This document shows, one piece after another, positions 63,058-64,000 of a DNA stretch of 64,000 nucleotides. Each line of letters begins with the position of its first letter. Positions within the stretch are counted from its first letter, which is position 1. Position numbers and translations under genes: made by a program. The DNA comes from Geosiphon pyriformis uo1. Its lineage: Eukaryota > Fungi > Glomeromycota. The notes below the pieces were generated by a model, which ran no database searches, was not told the origin of the DNA, and was given only the letters and a program-made list of their open reading frames with translations. The stretch spans positions 805,231 through 869,230 of the forward strand of contig JAAOMT010000570.1 of assembly GCA_016748015.1 (NCBI GenBank), in the 5' to 3' direction.

Positions 63058-63761
63058 ATGATTATTCTCCGAAATATTCAACAAATATCCCAAAAATTAA
63101 TGTTAGCCTTGAAAACACTCTTTGACTTATCTATAACGATTAATGGAAGTCAAATTAAATACATTCAGAAAGAAACCACAGCCCCAGTAGCAAATCATTT
63201 ACAGAACTATCACCCCTATAGAAGAGAAACAAGAAGTCACTCTAAGAATAGATTACCAAGACTTTTGAAGCAGGCACTAGAAGAAAATCTGCTAATTGCC
63301 CCTATTGACATTCCACCAAATGCTACAATACAACAAAAACTACTATTACTTCTTAATAAACAGAACAATGAACATACCCCTATAAATACTTTCAAATTGA
63401 AAAAACACTTTATGAATGAAAACTGGAACTTGAAACAACAAATCTCACTTCTGAAGTTATACAAAAACAAATTTACAATGAATTCAAAACAGCAGCTGGA
63501 CCAACAAACACTCACTACAAACTTAGAGCAGCTTTTAGACTCTATGATTTGTTTAATACTTGTGAAAATGTTCTACAAAATCCAATACTGCAATCAATAA
63601 AAGTCCAATACATTGGCAAACTCACAGAACTGAAATTTCAACAATTTTCAGACCAAATTACTTCAATCATTTTAGATCACTATTTCAATATTACAGATAG
63701 TGCTTGGACTTCGACGGAGCTCAGTCTTGAGGAGGAGATTATGTTACCAGTAGAATTTTAG
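63058..63761 (+). pseudogene. ORF3 of element Z: unknown, apparently soluble helical protein with one frameshift near 63380-63420, running through the PPT into the 3' LTR
   Basis: 63058 onward joins the frame of 63549-63761, which extends upstream as YFQIEKTLYE*KLELETTNLTSEVIQKQIYNEFKTAAGPTNTHYKLRAAFRLYDLF; the stop lies 20 nt inside the LTR. Confidence 0.65.
63729..63738 (+). promoter_or_regulatory. Polypurine tract of element Z (GAGGAGGAGA)
   Basis: Purine run 3 nt before the 3' LTR; decayed equivalents precede the LTRs at 49386 (+) and 31131 (-). Confidence 0.8.
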
Positions 63762-64000
63762 TTATTAATTAGCATGAAATTACCCTTATAATTCTTATAA
63801 TTCATTAGTATATTAATATCATTTCAAATTATCATTTATTATTTAATCAATTATCACATATCACGATTCAATTAAAATAATCTAATTAGTATAACAGAAA
63901 GTAAGATGATCAAATTACACAATACCCTGAACTTTGTAACATTCAAAAATTCGCCGAAATTTACAGAAATTTGCCGAAATTATGAATAGTTCACCCAAAT

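Larger units (their letters stand above)
55055..64000 (+). mobile_element. Ty3/Gypsy element Z, near complete (5' LTR 55055-56047; 3' LTR from 63742 past the window end)
   Basis: LTR, PBS, gag, PR, Cys-rich domain, dUTPase, RT, RNase H, IN, ORF3, PPT, LTR; integrase downstream of RT/RNase H; 63742-64000 repeats 55055-55340. Confidence 0.95.

Overview
Eukaryotic, AT-rich fungal-type DNA with short spliceosomal introns. The gene and repeat style suggests an early-diverging (Mucoromycota/Glomeromycotina-like) fungus, but that assignment is inference. Positions 1-7.5 kb hold three host genes: the 5' end of an unknown minus-strand gene, an FBXL2/FBXL20-like F-box/LRR gene ending in a CAAX box, and a 10-exon HIS6. 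From about 7.9 kb to the end is a nested retroelement graveyard. It contains an ORF1-only non-LTR element, three full-length and two partial APE-RT-RNase H LINEs, and several Ty3/Gypsy insertions with TGTTA...TAACA ends and 4-bp target duplications. The Gypsy elements carry an unusual Cys-rich domain plus dUTPase between protease and RT, and a third ORF after integrase. Every repeat is being eroded almost only by C>T/G>A transitions while the genes are intact. The best leads are (1) a RIP-like transition hypermutation not restricted to CpG, (2) a 1.3-kb AUG-free Gypsy leader holding a conserved in-frame Gag extension, suggesting non-AUG initiation, (3) an ORF1-only element carrying the LINE 3' tail, and (4) the Gypsy accessory modules. 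Assembly gaps (N) at 25.7-29.0 kb and 59.7 kb limit interpretation there.
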